Shown: one piece after another, positions 38,118 through 50,679 of the stretch
Layout: every line of letters starts with the position of its first letter
How positions within the stretch are numbered: the first letter of the stretch is position 1
Source of the DNA: Ancylonema sp.
Taxonomy: Eukaryota
Length of the DNA: 64,000 bases
Assembly (NCBI GenBank): GCA_050230475.1
Contig: JBFLGF010000080.1
Span: 1-64,000 of the forward strand
Direction of reading: 5' to 3'
Notes under the pieces: generated by a model
What the model saw: only the letters and a program-made list of their open reading frames with translations
Databases searched by the model: none
Told to the model about the DNA's origin: nothing
Position numbers and translations under genes: made by a program

Positions 38118-41100
38118 ATGGAAGGACCGGGAAAGCGGACAGTCTTCCTGCATTCTTCAAGTTATTTCTGTGGGAAAAATGCGCAAGCGGCATTCTTTAC
38201 AGCTATCTTCCTCTCACTTCTTGCCGGGCATTGCAATGGGCATCCCGTCTCTCACGTGGACCAGTCAGAAGCTTTAGAGCTGCGGGAAGAAGTAGAGGCG
38301 ATGTTTTACCACGCCTACGATGGATATATGGAGAATGCCTTCCCGTTGGATGAGCTCCTCCCGATGAGTTGTAAGGGCGAAGATTCGCTTGGTGGATATG
38401 CGCTTACACTGGTAATTCTGTGTAACTATTCATTGCACCCCAAGAGTGTGCTTCAAAATAAATTGTCCTTGATATCAGTTGATGACAAATAGGTAGTGCA
38501 GCTCGCATAACGCGACTCAGTGATTGTTGGTGTTTGTACCTGTATGGGTGCCGCCGGGCTGTGTTGTACGTGCTGGCAAGGACATACTGATACTACTCTA
38601 TAACAAGACATCTATGTGTGCACTAACCAGTGATTTCTATAGGAGACTGGAGGAGAGAGCGAAGGACACTGTTATTGCTGATTCCTCCACCTAAAAGTAT
38701 CACCTTTGATCACATGCTTGCATGCGTGCATTTTTGTCCTTCACATCCTGACCACTTGCCTCCGTGTGAATAATTAGAATCTTAACTATAGTGGTGTTTT
38801 CCAGCTTGCCTACCACCTGTCTCGGGTACTCATTTCGTTTTAGGCTCCCAGGTTGACTCCCTCGACACCCTCGCTCTGCTCGGCAACCATTCGGAGTTCA
38901 GCAAGGGCGTGCATTGGGTGGGGAAACACGTGCGGTTCCAGAAGGTAACCTCCCAATCCGGTCAACCCTCTCGAATCCGTTCGTCTGGTCCAGACTGCTT
39001 CTGGCCACGACTGACAGCCATTCGTATGCACCAACTGCCACGTGTCAGAACGAGACGGTGTCGGTTTTCGAAAGCACCATCCGAGTTCTGGGAGGCCGTC
39101 TTTCTGCGCACCTTCTTGCCAGCGACTCCCGTACCGTGAGTAGTAAGATTCCCTTCCGACTGCCTGCCACAAACACGGATCCATAATGAGTTAAGATCGA
39201 GGGTGGGGGTTGGATGGGTGACCAGGGCATGAAGGTCGACGGGTACAAGGGGCAACTGCTCCAGCTGGCAGACGACTTGGCGCAGAGGTTACTGGCAGCA
39301 TTCTCCACACCCACTGGTAAGTAACCGTAACCATAACCGTAACCGTAAATGTAACCGCAACCATGCCTGTAACCGGGAGTTGTGGCGGTTCTGGCTGTTC
39401 AGGTATCCCGTACGGTTCTGTGAATCTGAATCACGGAGTGGACACAGATGAGACCAAGGTGAGCCCGTAGGGTCTGCCACCTGGCACTGCACCTGACCGT
39501 AGTGTTGATCCAGGTGTCACCTTCTGGTCGCAGGTAACGTCGACAGCTGGCGGGGGCACTCTGACCCTGGAGTTTGGGATGCTAAGCAGGCTGACTTCCA
39601 ACCCTGGTAGGTACAGCTGGCACTCCCTAATCATGGACACACACACAACCGATGCTTCCTCACATACCCCCTCTGACGCACATGCTCTGCCGCCCTGCCG
39701 CTCTCACCCTCTGACCCTTTGATTCTCTCACCCTCTGACGCTCTGACGCTCTGCCCCAGTGTACGAAGTGGGTGGTCTTACGGCCGTCCGCGGCCTGTGG
39801 TCCCGCCGCTCCCCCCTGGGTCTGGTTGGTGCGCACATCGACGTGTTCAGCGGGGAGTGGAGTCAGAAGGACGCGGGGATCGGCACCAGCATCGACTCCT
39901 TCTACGAGTACCTCCTCAAGGCTCACCTCCTGCTGGGGGAGGAGGAGTTCCTTCACATGTTCAAACAAGCGTACTCGGCGGCGGTGGCCCACCTCCACCA
40001 CCCCCCGTGGTACGTGGAGGTCAACATGTACTCCGCCTCGCTCGTGTGGCCGCTGTTCAACGCACTGCAGGCCTTCTGGCCAGGGCTACAGGTACAGGGG
40101 TCACTTTTCCCCCGGGGGGGGGTGGGGGGGGCAGAGGGCTGGGGAGCAGATCCTGCATGCTTGACCTGTGTGAGGTGTTTGATTTCTCCCACAGGTGTTG
40201 GCGGGAGACCTTCAGTCGGCCCGCGCCACCCACGAAGCCTTCTTTACCGTATGGACCCGGTTTGGGTTCACTCCCGAGGGCTTCAACCTTGCCACGTCAT
40301 CAGTACAGCCCGGCCAACGCTCCTACCCACTCCGCCCAGAGCTGGCCGAGAGCACCTACTGGCTCTATAAAGCCACCAGGGACCCGATGTGAGATGATTG
40401 ATTCAGAAGGGGGGGGTGCGGAAGAGGGGGGGGGGGGTTGATGGGTCGAGGGTTAGGGGTTTTCCAGGTACCTGGCGGTGGGTAGGGATATGGTGACCAG
40501 CCTCCAGCTCACCCGCTGCCCGTGCGGTTATTGCCACGTGGCGGACGTGGAGACGCACGAGCTGACGGACCACATGGAGTCATTCTTCTTGTCGGAGACG
40601 GTGGGGGGGGCTGGATCCCGTGGGGAAGGTGCGAGGAAGTTTCCTGTGGCGTATCGAGTGCTTATGATTGAGGGAGAGGGGGGTTTGGGTTCAGGTGAAG
40701 TATCTTTGGCTCCTGTTTGACTTGGGAGCGGGGGGGAAGAACCTGGTGGACGGCGGGCCCCACCCGTATGGAGGGGCACCCCCTGCAAACCCTAAATCCC
40801 GAACCTGGACCGAACCCGTGTACTTTAGATCCGTGTATCCCGGTAGGTGACGTCTCACTTTGGTTGCTGCTCCCGGTGCAGGTATGTTTTCAACACGGAA
40901 GGCCACTTCCTTCCCCTCACTCCCAACCTCGCCTTCCTCAGACTGCCGCTGAGGTAACACGTACCCCCAACCCACCCCCACCCCCACCCCCACCCCCTCC
41001 CTACCTCACACTGCCTGGCGGGTGCAGCAGGGAAGAGGAGGATAGTGAGAGAGAGGAGTCGGTACCCCTCAAGGTGGGGGGGGGGGCTGGGGGCAGAAGA

Positions 41101-41215
41101 GAGTTGGGGAGGTGGGGGGGGAATGAGGTCATAGGGGGGGGCGCATTTGCAGGGTTTGTGTGGGGGGCCATCCTACTGGCAGACGCTGGGGCTGCCTGAC
41201 CCGCCCCCCCACTAG
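38118..41215 (+). CDS. GH47 class I alpha-1,2-mannosidase, EDEM/MNS4-like, ~13 exons
   Basis: MFYHAYDGYMENAFPLDELLP, GGYALTLVDSLDTL, VSVFESTIRVLGG, GIGTSIDSFYEYLLK, YPLRPELAEST, DHMESFFLSETVKYL, YVFNTEGH. The final exons and stop are inferred with less certainty. Confidence 0.9.
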
Positions 41216-44200
41216 GCGGCAAAGGCAAGGAAGGGGAGGGGAGGAAGATAATTGAATGCTGAGGAGGTGAAGTAAAAGGATGAAGGTGCCCCTTCCCCCC
41301 GTTGGGAGTAATGAGAAAGCCGGGGATGCGAAAATTAGTTTCCTTGTGACACACGTCCAACTTTTTGTTTTTCAGAGCGTTGGGATGGGAGGGCGCTTTT
41401 TTTTGTTGAGCATTCTCCCGACATATCCGTCAGGATTTCACGCAAGAATCAAAAGGAAATAAAGGACGATTCGTTATGGCTCACTTCGATTCATTCGTTG
41501 GACATCTGCTAAGCGACCTATAGTGTACATACGATATAGAGGCGAAGGCAATCGCAAATTGATGTAGAAATGTACATACATGTGTCCATTTTGCACATTT
41601 GTTGGTCGGAACGGGCCGTGTTGAATATGTAGAGCCTTCGTGAATGATGGACGAGTATGTATCCCAAGTCACTCAAGTCATTCTTTGTTGTTTTGTAGGA
41701 GCACCCATTGCATCTCTTCGTTGTGCAATAAAACTCAATTCTCTTTCGCGAAATGGATTCCGAATGGTTCCGTTGGTGTGAAACAACACTTGAAGAAAGG
41801 GATAGAAATAGAGGTAGAATGGGTGCGTGGCATTGCATACGTTTGGTGTGGTGCTTGAGATTAAGAGAAGCCTATATTGACAACGTGGCAACTTTGGCAG
41901 CTTGTGCCAAATGTCCACTAATGTTCTTTATGCAAGTTTCTAGAAGCATAGTATTGTGAAGGAAGTTGGATAGTGAACAGCCAGAGGCCTCTTCCCTTGA
42001 TGTAATGAGGTGTGGTTGTTTGAAACACGCGAGGATCACACTCAAGAAGTCACTTCTGTCGCTTAACTCGCAAAACTAATCGATTGAGGCAAGCTGACAC
42101 CCACGACACATTTATTTATGGACATAGTAAATTGTGTAAAACAAAATTGTGGCAATCAACTAACAATGACGTGCCAGATAGGATCAATAGGGTAAGGGGT
42201 CGTTGATGACGTAATCAGTTGATGTATGACGTCATAACGTAGTCCATCGACATGAATTGGTGAATGCTGATATCGATGACTTTGTAAGTGTATCTGGGCA
42301 TCTGCCCTAACTAAGGAGTTTTTGTACGCTTGACTCGCGACAGTGATTGTAAACAATCACCTAAAAGACGGCAGGAACGTCGCCTTGACTCGGCAAATCT
42401 CTCACTGCGGGCAAGTTGACAACGCGATAGCTCTACAGGATTCTAAATGCAGAGTATGCGATACAATAGTACAGTAAGAACAACGATAGCTCTCGATCAG
42501 CGAGCAACTATTTATTGTAAGTCTGCACTGCTTGTAATCAGGAGCAAAAAGACTGTGAGTCTGCACACCGACTTGCGTCGTTGTAAATGTGTGAGAAGCT
42601 GCGAAGTAGACAACGATAGTAAAGTACTGAGAACGATAGCTCGATCAGCAAAACAATGATAATAGCAAGTGACTGGATGCAGATGCAACAGATTGCAAGC
42701 AAAGCAAAGCCACACACACAATATACAATTTACAATAGAGACGAAGTGGAATGCAAGTCTCTTCAACGTTAGATTTAGCGAAAGCTGAATTCTGAGTTCG
42801 AAGTACAAAGGTTATATTCAAACTCTACAGACGACGCTAGACGCGTGTCCGATCTACAATTCAATCTCATAAAATATGCCTCGCGCGCAAATTGTCTTAT
42901 CTACAATATCTATCGTCGGATATTCATCGACGGCTAACCATTTATGACAAGTCATCACAAGTTGATTGCTGACTAGTACAAAGGTGCCACGTCGGATCGA
43001 CGGATAACAAATTGCTAAAAAAATATAATTCAAATATTGAACGGGGGCGCATGCTGACAACTCGAGCTCGGGAGCGGGACCGGCGAGCGGGGCGGAAGTT
43101 GTAGTGCGGCGGAACTCTTGATTTGGCGCGGCGCAGACGTGATTTAATATAGGGGAGAGATTAAGTAGATATTAGGGGTAAAATAGCTAACGATCTCAGA
43201 CGTCGTGACACAACGTTCAATGTTAAGTCGACAAATCTTTGTGTATCACGTCTATATGGGATTGGAAAAGCGGCGGAATGTTTGGTTACCGTATCAAAAG
43301 TCTTCATATCGAGAGTCACTGTACATTCACCCCCGTTAAAGTCACCCAAAATTTCATGACTATGCCATTGCGAGGTAATTGTTGCCAGGGACGGCAAGTC
43401 TGAAAAACCTCTTCATAATTAAAGGTATTTAGGGTATTTAGGATATTACAAAGCATGATAAGGGTATGCCCGGAAAGCACCCCTAAGAACCCTAAAATAT
43501 AATACTTAAGTTAGGGGCAATTGAGGTGAATTTCCCACCCCCAACCGTCAATTTAGGGCCTGAATTGCTCTCCCGGTCAAACAAAAAAAAAACTTGCAGA
43601 CCTCTGAGTGAACGGACTTACAAATTGTTCATGACAAGTGACGTGCCGCCATCGTGGATAGTCTGAGAGGACTTCGCACATGAGATTTCGGGCTATCACG
43701 AACTTGTCAAACTCAATCGGGTAATGTGTGCCATGAACTGCGAAACAAAATATTTTAGCGACGATGACCTCTCACCGGGGTGTACGGAATGGAGTCGCCC
43801 GGGGAACTCAGAATTGAGGCTCTTCGGAGGAAATACAATATTGTATGTCCTCCGTCCCCGTCCCCAAAATTCTCGAACGGGTGGGAGGGCTCTAGGCCCT
43901 CTATGGGAGGACATCACAAGGGGTGGCATGAAGAACATGTCTCACTATGAAGCTTTGTGCAACGCATGTGCTACGGCATGAAGTGACCACTCTGTCAAGG
44001 ATGCTTCCAATCGTTCTCTCTTTCTTTGTCACTTCGACTTTGGGCTTTTTCAACATTTTAGACACCACTAGTTGATATATCACTCCAAGTTTTCCAAATG
44101 AATCATACGCTCAAATAGGTGTTGGGAAAATAAAAAAAAATTATTCACGAAAATGGTGTATGAGAAAATGCATAATATAGTGAATGTGGTTTCACATGGG

Positions 44201-44550
44201 CTCTTACAAACGTGGTGAGTCCCGTTTTGTGTGATCATTTCAAATACACATAGCTTCGAACAAATTTATCCATTGGACTGTGAAGTTAGTGGCATCATTG
44301 TGCTCAAAATTATCAAAAGACCCAAAAAACAATGTCTACCTTAGCAATTTTGCAATTCAGTGTAACCTCTGATTAGGATTTGTAAGTACATTACCCCCCA
44401 TATATAAATTTAGGGCATAATTTGCCATCCAAGACTGTGACGTGTTTGAACTAGAGCAGAAAAAAACACCACATCCTCGATTATATACCCTCTTCCGTGA
44501 GTTAAAAATGCACACATCTTTAAAAACATGGATAGAAAGAGTATGTGCGT

Positions 44551-44640
44551 TCTCGGTCTCATCGTAGTCAAAATCACTCTCGGTCTCACCGTAGTCAAAA
44601 TCAATTACTTATCGCATTCTCTCGTTACAGTCAAAATCAT
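44551..44640 (+). repeat. Imperfect ~27-bp tandem repeat (tctcggtctca(t/c)cgtagtcaaaatca), 2 near-perfect copies plus 1 degenerate
   Basis: Directly visible; probably a subterminal repeat of a DNA transposon remnant. Confidence 0.7.
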
Positions 44641-45288
44641 GAATGACTCCCTCAACAAATTAGTGGTGTTACTGTTCGTGGTGGTCTTGACATTTGACCC
44701 ACGCCCCCACCGTTCGTGAAAAGGCGAAAATAACGAGAGATCATTGTTTTGTATCCTATGGATATCGTACTAGAACTGAAGAACGGCCGACATGGAGGTG
44801 ATTCCGGGCCCGGGCCAAGGCGGCCCACGTAAAAACGCAAGGTATCTAAAAATGGTATGAATGTTGACAAGTCCTTAACGGAAGAAAAATAAATGGTTCC
44901 ACTTTTCCAGTGAATTTGACTACCTACATGCCCCATCTTCACTCATACGCGGGTCCCGCTGTGCCCCCCCTTTCCCCCCCCTCCTTTGCTACAAGTAACA
45001 TTGTGTTCAAAATCCGTTCAAACGAATTATGGTGTTTATATTGGTTTTTTCTGATGTTTCTTGATTACCCAACTCACTATGTTAAGGCCATAAGTCATCT
45101 ATGTTACTTTACAACATACTCATCATATGAAACAATTCGATATTATAAACAACAAATATTGCTGCAAAAAAAATACTACGTCGAGGTGAGACTGTAGTAC
45201 CGACGTCGGGAGGGTTTATTTTACAATTCAGACAGGATGTAGAGAATGTAATCATGACAAGCTAGACTGTATCGAGTAGATTACTATA

Positions 45289-46233
45289 CAGTGCTCCCTC
45301 GATACAAGGAGCAAAGAAATCGGAAAAGTCCTTATATCGAGGTGTCTTTTTATTTGTATAAGGACATATACTAATGGATTTTGAAGTGTGTGCTTTTGAA
45401 TTGAGGGACTTCGTGAATGAAGTAGAGTGACTAAACCAATTTGTTATTTATATGTTGCGTATAGTGAATTCCCCCGGCATCATCATCCAATTTTGCGTTT
45501 CTACTCTGATACAAGCTATACAAGTGCCTAATGAGATCAATACATGGCGATTGACAAAATATATTTAAATGGCTTGTTGAGGAGAGTTGGGAAATTAGCA
45601 AGATCGTACGACGCAACAAAGTATCCGCATGTTTTAAAATGCTCGCATATTTTATTGGACATGAAGTAAACACAATGGTCATGAATAGTAAGGACAAACC
45701 TTGGTAGGCAAGACACACCAGTGCTTGTTATGAAGAGAACTATATTCATCCCAACTTACGAACTGCAAACAAATACACAATTTGTTATACATTACACCAA
45801 ACCAAAAAAAAAAAAAAAAAAAAAAAATGCTTGTATTCATGATTGGAAATAGATTACAAAATTGTTACCAACAATACGTTATAACAAACGGACACAAAAA
45901 ATATGGACATGATTCGACCATGAGGTGCACGGAAGAAATGTTAAATATTGGTTTACCTCCCATCTATTCTTTTCATCACTTGCATCGACATGATTTTGTA
46001 ATTTTGAAATCTGGATTTTTCTCGAGATCCATACTTCGTTATATGCGAGTAATATCGTTATATACTGACTATTAGGACATTCGGTTTCAAATTTCTAAAA
46101 TAATTATCGCAATATAGAGTGTCGTTATGCTTACATCTAGGGCGATGCTATATTGATGTTTAAAAACATCAAAAAACTTTCCATGTATCGAGGCTGTCCT
46201 TACAAAGAGGATCTTAATATCGAGGGAGCACTG
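45289..46233. mobile_element. Tc1/mariner/pogo-like MITE (TIR CAGTGCTCCCTCGATA)
   Basis: Perfect 16-bp TIR cagtgctccctcgata / tatcgagggagcactg, left flank TA; homologous to 288-1027. Confidence 0.85.
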
Positions 46234-46465
46234 TTTTGAATGTGACTGAATAAGAAGTTGAGACCTTCCCTCCTTGGTTTTCCTGTTGCGCGTCCCGTCA
46301 CAAGCCGATTGAACCCTAACGGTGTCAGCCGCCAAATCCACTATTTGGCAAGAAAGATAGGCTTCGTTTCCCAAAGAGGCACACGTGCGACAGACCGCTC
46401 TCACTTGTCCAGCTTTAACATCGCTGCAACTTCCGCTTTGTCTGCCAGCTTGTTAACGTCCAGTC

Positions 46466-49400
46466 ATGGCTGACGAGGAAGTACAAGTGCCTGGGGAGGC
46501 TGTCGAAGAACCTTCTGCTGTGGGTGTGCATGCGGAAGCCGCAGATGTACTGGCATCCGGTGAGCCTTTCGTGGTGGAAGCCCCGTCAACGACAGTAGAT
46601 CCTGCTTCTGAGGCGCCTCCGGGGATAGATGATGTCCCTGTGACAGAGAATGTCCCGGAGGCTCAGGAAAGAGTGAAGCGGAAGTTTGAGAACGTGGAGA
46701 CTACTGAGCCCGATGCAGTAGATGGACAGCAGGCTGTGAACGACGAGCCGCAGGCAGCTGCAGCGTTTGACGCAGAAGCTGCGAAACAGAAAGCTGCAGA
46801 TTTAGCTGCCAAGTTTGCTCTTGAAGGGGAGTCGAAGAGGCCCAGGACGGACGAAGCTTATGACGGGAATGGAGACTATGGAGTCCCATCTGCAGAACCT
46901 GTTGCGTCTACTCGCATTTCCGGCTTCTCTGACGGTCCTCCTGCTTACAATGATGGTACACGGGTTGCAGAAAGACCTTACGCACGCGAATTTCGGGGTA
47001 CGGTTTCTAAATGCATGTCAGTCTCTTGCTGCAGAGGCGCCTCCTGGAGCTGGAGGTGAAAATTATAGTCACGTTCCAGCTATGTCTCAACAACAGTCTT
47101 ACTATCAGTCTGGTGGTGATGGATCGACAACCAAAAGGATGGAGGTTCCAAATGCAAAGGTTGGTTCCAATTAATAAATTTCGTGCCTTGTCATATTGGG
47201 TGTTATTTTGTATGGAAAAAAACTTACCCGAAACGTTTCAATTGTTTCAGGTCGGCCTTGTTATTGGAAAGGCCGGGGAGACTATCAAGTATCTCCAGCA
47301 GCAGTCTGGAGCTCGAATTCAGGTCACTCGGGATGCTGAGATTGATCCCAGTAATCCTACAAGGCCAGTCGAGCTGGTCGGAACTCCGGAGCAAATCGAT
47401 CGAGCAGAGAAGCTTATCACAGAAGTCATCAGCGAGGTTAGATGAGCTGTCCTCTCTTTATTATACAGCTGAATGCCGATTGCGTGTTTTTCCCTTCTAA
47501 TTCCTGGTTATCAGCATATAAACCGTCGATGGTGCAGGCGGTCGTTGACTTGTTAGCGGTAGCTTATGTTTGCTTGGGTTTGGTGAGGCACAGCAGGCAG
47601 GGACCGGGGGATCTGGAGCTCTGGTCGCTAGGGGTTTTGGAGGACCGGCTCCAGAGACTGTGACCATCCAGGTGCCAAACAACAAGGTAGGAAGCTCCAT
47701 CTTTGCATAATGGTGACGATGCTTGTGCTCACTATTCAAGAATCTCTCTGTGATCAATGATGCAGACTCACATTACGTGTTCAATGCGATCCGTGTTCGT
47801 TTATCGAGCTTGAAATAGAATGACCGAGAGTTGTCGCCTTGTGTCTACGAGCAGGTTGGTTTGATCATCGGTCGAGGCGGAGAGACGATCAAGAATCTGC
47901 AAATGCGTTCGGGGGCACGCATTCAGGTGACAACAGGGTGAAGAGACGGAAATCGGTCTCTGGTATAAGTAGTGGCTGCTCAATTTTTCCATGATTTGGG
48001 AATGTCAGACGTGTTATCTCATCCTAATCCAAATTATTCTGCTGGAAATTGCAGGTTCAAAGTGACCGGGAAACGGATTCAACATTGGCGGAGAGAACTG
48101 TCACTCTGATCGGGAACAAGAGAGCCACCGATGTGGCGAAAGACATGATCTTGGATGTCATTGACGAAGTAAGTGGAAAGCTACCTCCTGTTGCATGTGT
48201 GTGTTGATCGCTTTCGCATCCATCAAGCCCTTTGCCTGGACCAACCGAAGCCCTGATGCATGTGATCACTTGCGAATCCAGTCCTCAGGATTGGATCGAT
48301 GAGTCTTGTCAGCAGTTGATCAGAGTCTGTTGTGGATAAGATTTCGACTATCACGAAATCATGTTGGAATGTGCACAACGCTTCTACGACATACTTATAA
48401 CTGCGAAAGTATGCTGCATCTGCTACTCTGCTATAAAAGAATCTGCACTTGCTAGACAGTAACATTCTCTATGCCGCTGACCCTGTTGGCCCTGCTTCTG
48501 TTCTCTTCCGTACTGAGAGTCTTGAGTGAGAAGTATCCAACAGGGGGGCGAGTCGTAGCACAGGGAAGGACCTTGAAACGACATGGTATTGGGACTACGT
48601 AAAGCTGACATACCTTTTCAAGCTCAACTCGTCTTCATTCATTTGCATGAATATGTGTTGACTGCGAATATCTAATCAACCTGTTCATAAGTTGATGTAT
48701 CTGAGTCTATGTTAAGTTGGACACAGGAAGCGGATAAGGAACATATGATCAAACTCCAAGTCTTGAAAGTCAAACGGCGATACCTGTATAGCTTACGAAA
48801 CTTTTATGCTTGAAAAAGAGAATCTACTAGTGCTAGCATCGCTTTTCCACACTGTTGTAGTACTGGTCTGCTGCACCGTGGTTGGTCGGCTCTGTTCCGC
48901 TGGAGTAGGAAGGCAGAGACGGGAAGTGGTGAACCGCCAGCTGGCAGGGCACAGACCTGGAGGTGAGTCACTGAGGTGGTCCTCTGTCGGTCGCCCTCCT
49001 GGACCTTATTGCCTTGTGCCCGAAGCCCGCTACTCTTGCCTTGGATCGCGGCGTCGTACGCGTGTGGTACACATACTGGATAGGATTGCGGAATACGGGT
49101 ACCATCAGGGTCACATCACCTCCAGATGCGCCCAACTGTCTCTATCTTGTCCACTGTTCGTCCCTCCTGAAGTCCTGCAGCTCTATCATAATCATGACCT
49201 GCAGTGATGTTGTAAGTATCTGCGTGTCACTGAACAGCCCCTCATCACTCCCCCCCGCCTACCCTGCATGCCTGTATGCCCTCCCTATCCCACCTAGGGA
49301 GATAGTCTGATGACGTGTCCGCTCACGAGGGTGGTCGACGTTTGTCTGGCAGAACCGACCTCGAGGTCCGCCCAGTTACGGGGGGGGGGGCGGGTATGGG

Positions 49401-49955
49401 GGTGGGAGGGGAGGAGGCTACGGTCCTCCCCAGCAGGGATACGGTGGCGGGTACCAGGCGCCCTACGCTGCCCCCCCCCATCAGTATGGAGGCCAGGGTG
49501 GTCAGTACGGCGACTACCAGCAACAGGCTCAATACGGGGCGCCTGCAGCTGGCCCGCCTTCCGGTTACGATTACTACGGGCAGCAGCAGGCCCCACCTGC
49601 AGCAGCAGCGCCCGCAGCCGCTGCAGGCGCTGACCCATCCTACGCCTACGGTCAGCAGAGTCAGGGGTACTACGGGGGCTATCAGCAGCCTGCCCCTGGT
49701 GCGGCGGGAGGCTACCAGCAGCAAGGATATCAACAGCAAGCCTATGGGGCCCACCCGGGGTATGGAGCCCAGGCTGCAGCGCCCGCATACGGCGGGTATG
49801 GGGCAGCAGACCAGACGTATCAGCAGCAGGGGTATGGCCAGCAGCAGTATGCGGGAGGGTACCAGCAGACAGGAGCGGAAGGGGGCGCAGCCGCAGGGGG
49901 CTATGACTACTCTGCGGGGCCGACCACGACCTCAAGTGCGCCCCCGGCTAGCTAG
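46466..49955 (+). CDS. KH-domain RNA-binding protein (FUBP/far-upstream element-binding-like) with a Gly/Tyr/Gln-rich tail, 7 exons
   Basis: Two KH domains (VPNAK-VGLVIGKAGETIKYLQQQSGARIQV; VPNNK-VGLIIGRGGETIKNLQMRSGARIQV), acidic N-terminus. The last exon 49353-49955 is YGGY/QQQ low complexity and ends in TAG. Confidence 0.9.
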
Positions 49956-50460
49956 AGGGAGTCTGGTGGGTAGCTCTCTACTTTGGAAATCTGTGGTGTC
50001 ATGGAAGGATGCTTGTTTGTTTCAATGCGTGAGGATTGGAGATGGTTTGTTGAACAGTCAGCTAGTTGCGTTGTTGACTGTTGTTGATGCTGATGTTTTT
50101 ATTTGGGGTGATGGGAATGAGCAGAGACTAGTTCGGGAGGGTTGTTAGGAAAATGTTTTTGTGAGGTTTTGAGGTTCATGTTTGCGCATTGAAATGTGAG
50201 AGGGAAGAGTTGCGCAGGGATGTTAGAGGCGATAAATTTTGCGTAGTCTGCCTGTGTAGACTCTTTTTGTAATGTGATGTTCCAAAGACTACATCGGGGT
50301 GGCTAAGAACGCATGTGGTTCTCATCTTTGTGGTTATCAATGAATCGTGCTTATATAACAAGTTTATTTATAACAAGTTTTTTTTAAGTTTCTTTATTAG
50401 GCGCAAACTAGAAGACAGATTTATGCACAAGGTGTCTGGACGTTGAGTTTAAGGTCGGTA

Positions 50461-50679
50461 CCGTTCTAGCCACACATGGGTTTAAATACCGAAATATTTT
50501 TATGCAATGACCCACCACCGCGCACCCAACAGAAAATTTCTAAATCTCCTGAATCATATTTGTCTTTTGCTGACCCACATTATAAAATGACCCACTTTTG
50601 TATCAAAAAAATAAAGAAATGAACCGTGATTCTCCCCACCTTTTTATTATCTGAGGGTTAGCATGTGTGGCCAGTACAA
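50461..50679. mobile_element. Short MITE-like element
   Basis: Imperfect TIR ccgttctagccacacatg / catgtgtggccagtacaa flanked by TA; repeated tgacccac internal motifs also seen at ~6500-6630. Confidence 0.5.

Noticed and set aside
42160..43059. Possible solo LTR (ends TGACA, minus-strand caataaatagttgc motif like the 56-57 kb LTR)
   Set aside because: No second terminus or TSD could be fixed, so boundaries are unsupported.
43590..43981. Possible hAT transposase C-terminal remnant
   Set aside because: Only vague motif similarity, with stops.
49294..50148. Long overlapping ORFs on both strands
   Set aside because: Shadow frames of the GC-rich low-complexity last exon of the KH gene.
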